NCBI RefSeq assembly: GCF_006345805.1
Contig: NW_021833537.1
Location: forward strand, 1 to 34,297
Source: Octopus sinensis
Lineage: Eukaryota
Reading direction: 5' to 3'
DNA: 34,297 bases
The notes below the pieces were generated by a model. It was not told the DNA's origin and searched no databases. It saw only the letters and a list, made by a program, of their open reading frames with translations. Positions 32,334 through 34,297 of this stretch are shown piece by piece; within the stretch, counting starts at the first letter, position 1; every line of letters starts with the position of its first letter. The position numbers were made by a program, and so were the translations under genes.

Positions 32334-32790
32334 CATCATCATTTAATGTCCGCTTACCATGCTAGCATGGTTGGATGATTTGACTGAGGTCTGGCGACCA
32401 GACTCCAATCTGATCTGGCAGAGTTTCTGCAGCTGATGCCCTTCCTAACGCCAACCACTCCGAGAGTGTAGTGGCTGCTTTTACGTGCTACCCACACAAG
32501 GGCCAGTTTGGTGGTACTGGCAACGGCCATGACCAAATCGTGCTTTTTACGTGCCACCTGAACAGGAGGAGCCAGTCCAGCGGCACTGGCGATGACCTCA
32601 CTTGAATATTTCACATGCCATCAGCACAAGTGCTAGTAAGGCAACGCGGTAACGGTCACACTTGAATGGTGTGCTTAACATGCCATTGGCACGAAGGCTA
32701 GCTTGTTGCTCTGGCAACGATCTCACTCGTATGGTACTCTTAGCGCTCCACTAGCAATGGATGCCAGTCACCGAATTTGATTTCGACTTC
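32334..32790 (-). mobile_element. RTE-type LINE (family C) 3' UTR, diverged
   Basis: (CAT)n-TTAATGTCCGCTTACCATGCTAGCATGG...CCCTTCCTAACGCCAACCACTCCGAGAGTGTAGTGG plus diverged ~60-bp repeats. Confidence 0.8.
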
Positions 32791-32812
32791 GATATGTATA
32801 TATATAAAAATG

Positions 32813-32968
32813 TGGAGGTGCAATGGCCCAGTGGTTAGGGCAGTGGACTCGGGGTTGTAGGATCGCGGTTTCGATTCACAGACCGAGCGTTGTGAGAGTT
32901 TATTGAGAGAAAACACCTAAAGCTCCATGAGGCTTCGGCAGGGGGTGGTGGCGATCCCTGCTGTACTC
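32813..32968 (+). mobile_element. SINE family D, 5' part
   Basis: GGAGGTGCAATGGCCCAGTGGTTAGGGCAG...CCCTGCTGTACTCT. Confidence 0.85.
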
Positions 32969-33000
32969 TGATATAGTTTATTAGAATTTTAGAAGTTATT

Positions 33001-33382
33001 TATCTTTTGCCTTTTACATGTTCCAGTTACTGGACTGTGGCCATGCTGGGGCACTGCCTCGAAGGGTCTAGTTAGACAAATTGACTCCAGCACTTATTTT
33101 TTAAGCCTAGCACATATTCTATCAATCTCATTTGCTGAACTGTTAAGTCGGTTGCCAGGTGGTGGTGGTGTGGGGGAACAAACACTCAGATGCAGACATG
33201 CACACAGATATATGCTCATATACAACAGGCTTCTTTCAGTTTCTATTTGCCAAATTCATTCACAAGGATTGGGTTCTGCCAGGGGTTGTAATGGAATACT
33301 TTCACCCAAGATGCTGCACGGTGAGATTGAACCCAAGACCACATGACCAGAAAATAAGCTTCTTAACTACACAGCCATGCTT
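33001..33382 (-). mobile_element. SINE family A (old, degenerate)
   Basis: GACTGTGGCCATGCTGG...GGCTTCTTTCAGTTTC...ACTACACAGCCATGC. Confidence 0.75.
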
Positions 33383-33637
33383 ATATCTATATCAGAAACT
33401 AAATACTACTCGGTACTTATTCTAGTTCCTGACATTCTGTAATTGTGGAAAAAAAAAGAAAAGAGAAAAGAGAAGAAAAAGAACATAAGATAAAATAAAA
33501 CGTAATGGGTCAAAGGTTAAATTGAATTTGATTTCAAAATATAAATTGATTATCACAAAGTAACAGGTCAAAAATTAAATTGGATTAAAGTAAACAATAA
33601 ATCATCATCATCATCATTTAACATCCACATATAGGTG

Positions 33638-34040
33638 CAGGAGTGGCTGTGTGGTAAGTAGCTTGTTTACCAACCACATGGTTCTGGGTTCAGTCCCACT
33701 GCGTGGCATCTTGGGCAAGTGTCTTCTGCTATAACCTTGGGCCGACCAAAGCCTTGTGAGTGGATTTGGTAGACGGAAACTGAAAGAAGCCTGTCGTATA
33801 TATGTATAAATATATATGCGTGTGTGTGTTTGTGTGTCTGTGATTGTCTTCCTAGCATTGCTCTACAACCGATGCTGGTGTGTTTATGTCCCCGTTTCTT
33901 AGCGGTTCGGCAAAAGAGACCGATAAAATAAGTACTGGGCTTACAAAAGAATAAGTCCCAGGATCGAGTTGCTCGATTTAAGGCGGTGCTCCAGCATGGT
34001 CGCAGTCAAATGACTGAAACAAGTAAAAGAGTAAAAGAGT
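33638..34040 (+). mobile_element. SINE family A, full length
   Basis: Head AGGAGTGGCTGTGTGGTAAG through the 3' end GAAACAAGTAAAAGAGTAAAAGAG. Confidence 0.9.
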
Positions 34041-34089
34041 TTCCCTGCTGGCTGGGTTGGATAGTTTGACTAGAGCTGTCAGGGCCAGA

Positions 34090-34235
34090 AGCCACCATGA
34101 GGTTCCATTTTCTGTTTTGGTTTCTCTGGTTGCAAGCCTTCCCCAATGCCAACCACTTTTCAGAGTGCAATGGGTGCTTCTTATGTTGCACCAACACTGG
34201 TGCTTTTTTACATGGCACCAGCACCAGTAGGGTTG
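34090..34235 (-). mobile_element. Diverged fragment related to the family C 3' UTR
   Basis: CCTTCCCCAATGCCAACCACTTTTCAGAGTG...GGTGCTTTTTTACATGGCACC resembles 32440-32490. Confidence 0.55.
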
Positions 34236-34297
34236 CCAAGTTAACTAGCAAAAAAAAAGACCCCCTTTGCTGGGAGAGGGAGTGATACTAAGGGTGA

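Overview
Eukaryotic, AT-rich, non-coding DNA (intronic or intergenic) saturated with microsatellites and transposon relics. The repeat families and simple-repeat density are most consistent with an octopus/cephalopod genome; this is an inference from recognition, not a database search. I found no credible host protein-coding exon, and nearly all listed ORFs are artefacts of stop-free simple repeats. Supported content: at least three families of SINEs with tRNA-like heads, 3' ends of two RTE-type LINE families, a Tc1 transposase relic split by nested insertions, a mariner fold-back MITE, piggyBac-like TTAA MITEs, a hAT MITE with a perfect TSD, a non-autonomous Helitron, and an unclassified ~520-bp element sitting in (AAT)n tracts. 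The most interesting signal is a set of three short Penelope-like fold-back elements embedded in (TA)n. Their arms carry a type I hammerhead-ribozyme fold with a non-canonical core (CCGAYGA instead of CUGANGA) and a palindromic stem III, best preserved at 21317-21367. A decayed minimal hammerhead of a second family lies at 29163-29200. The 13.4-17.5 kb interval is a mosaic of inverted, tandem and templated micro-duplications around a (GGGGT)4 G-quadruplex motif.
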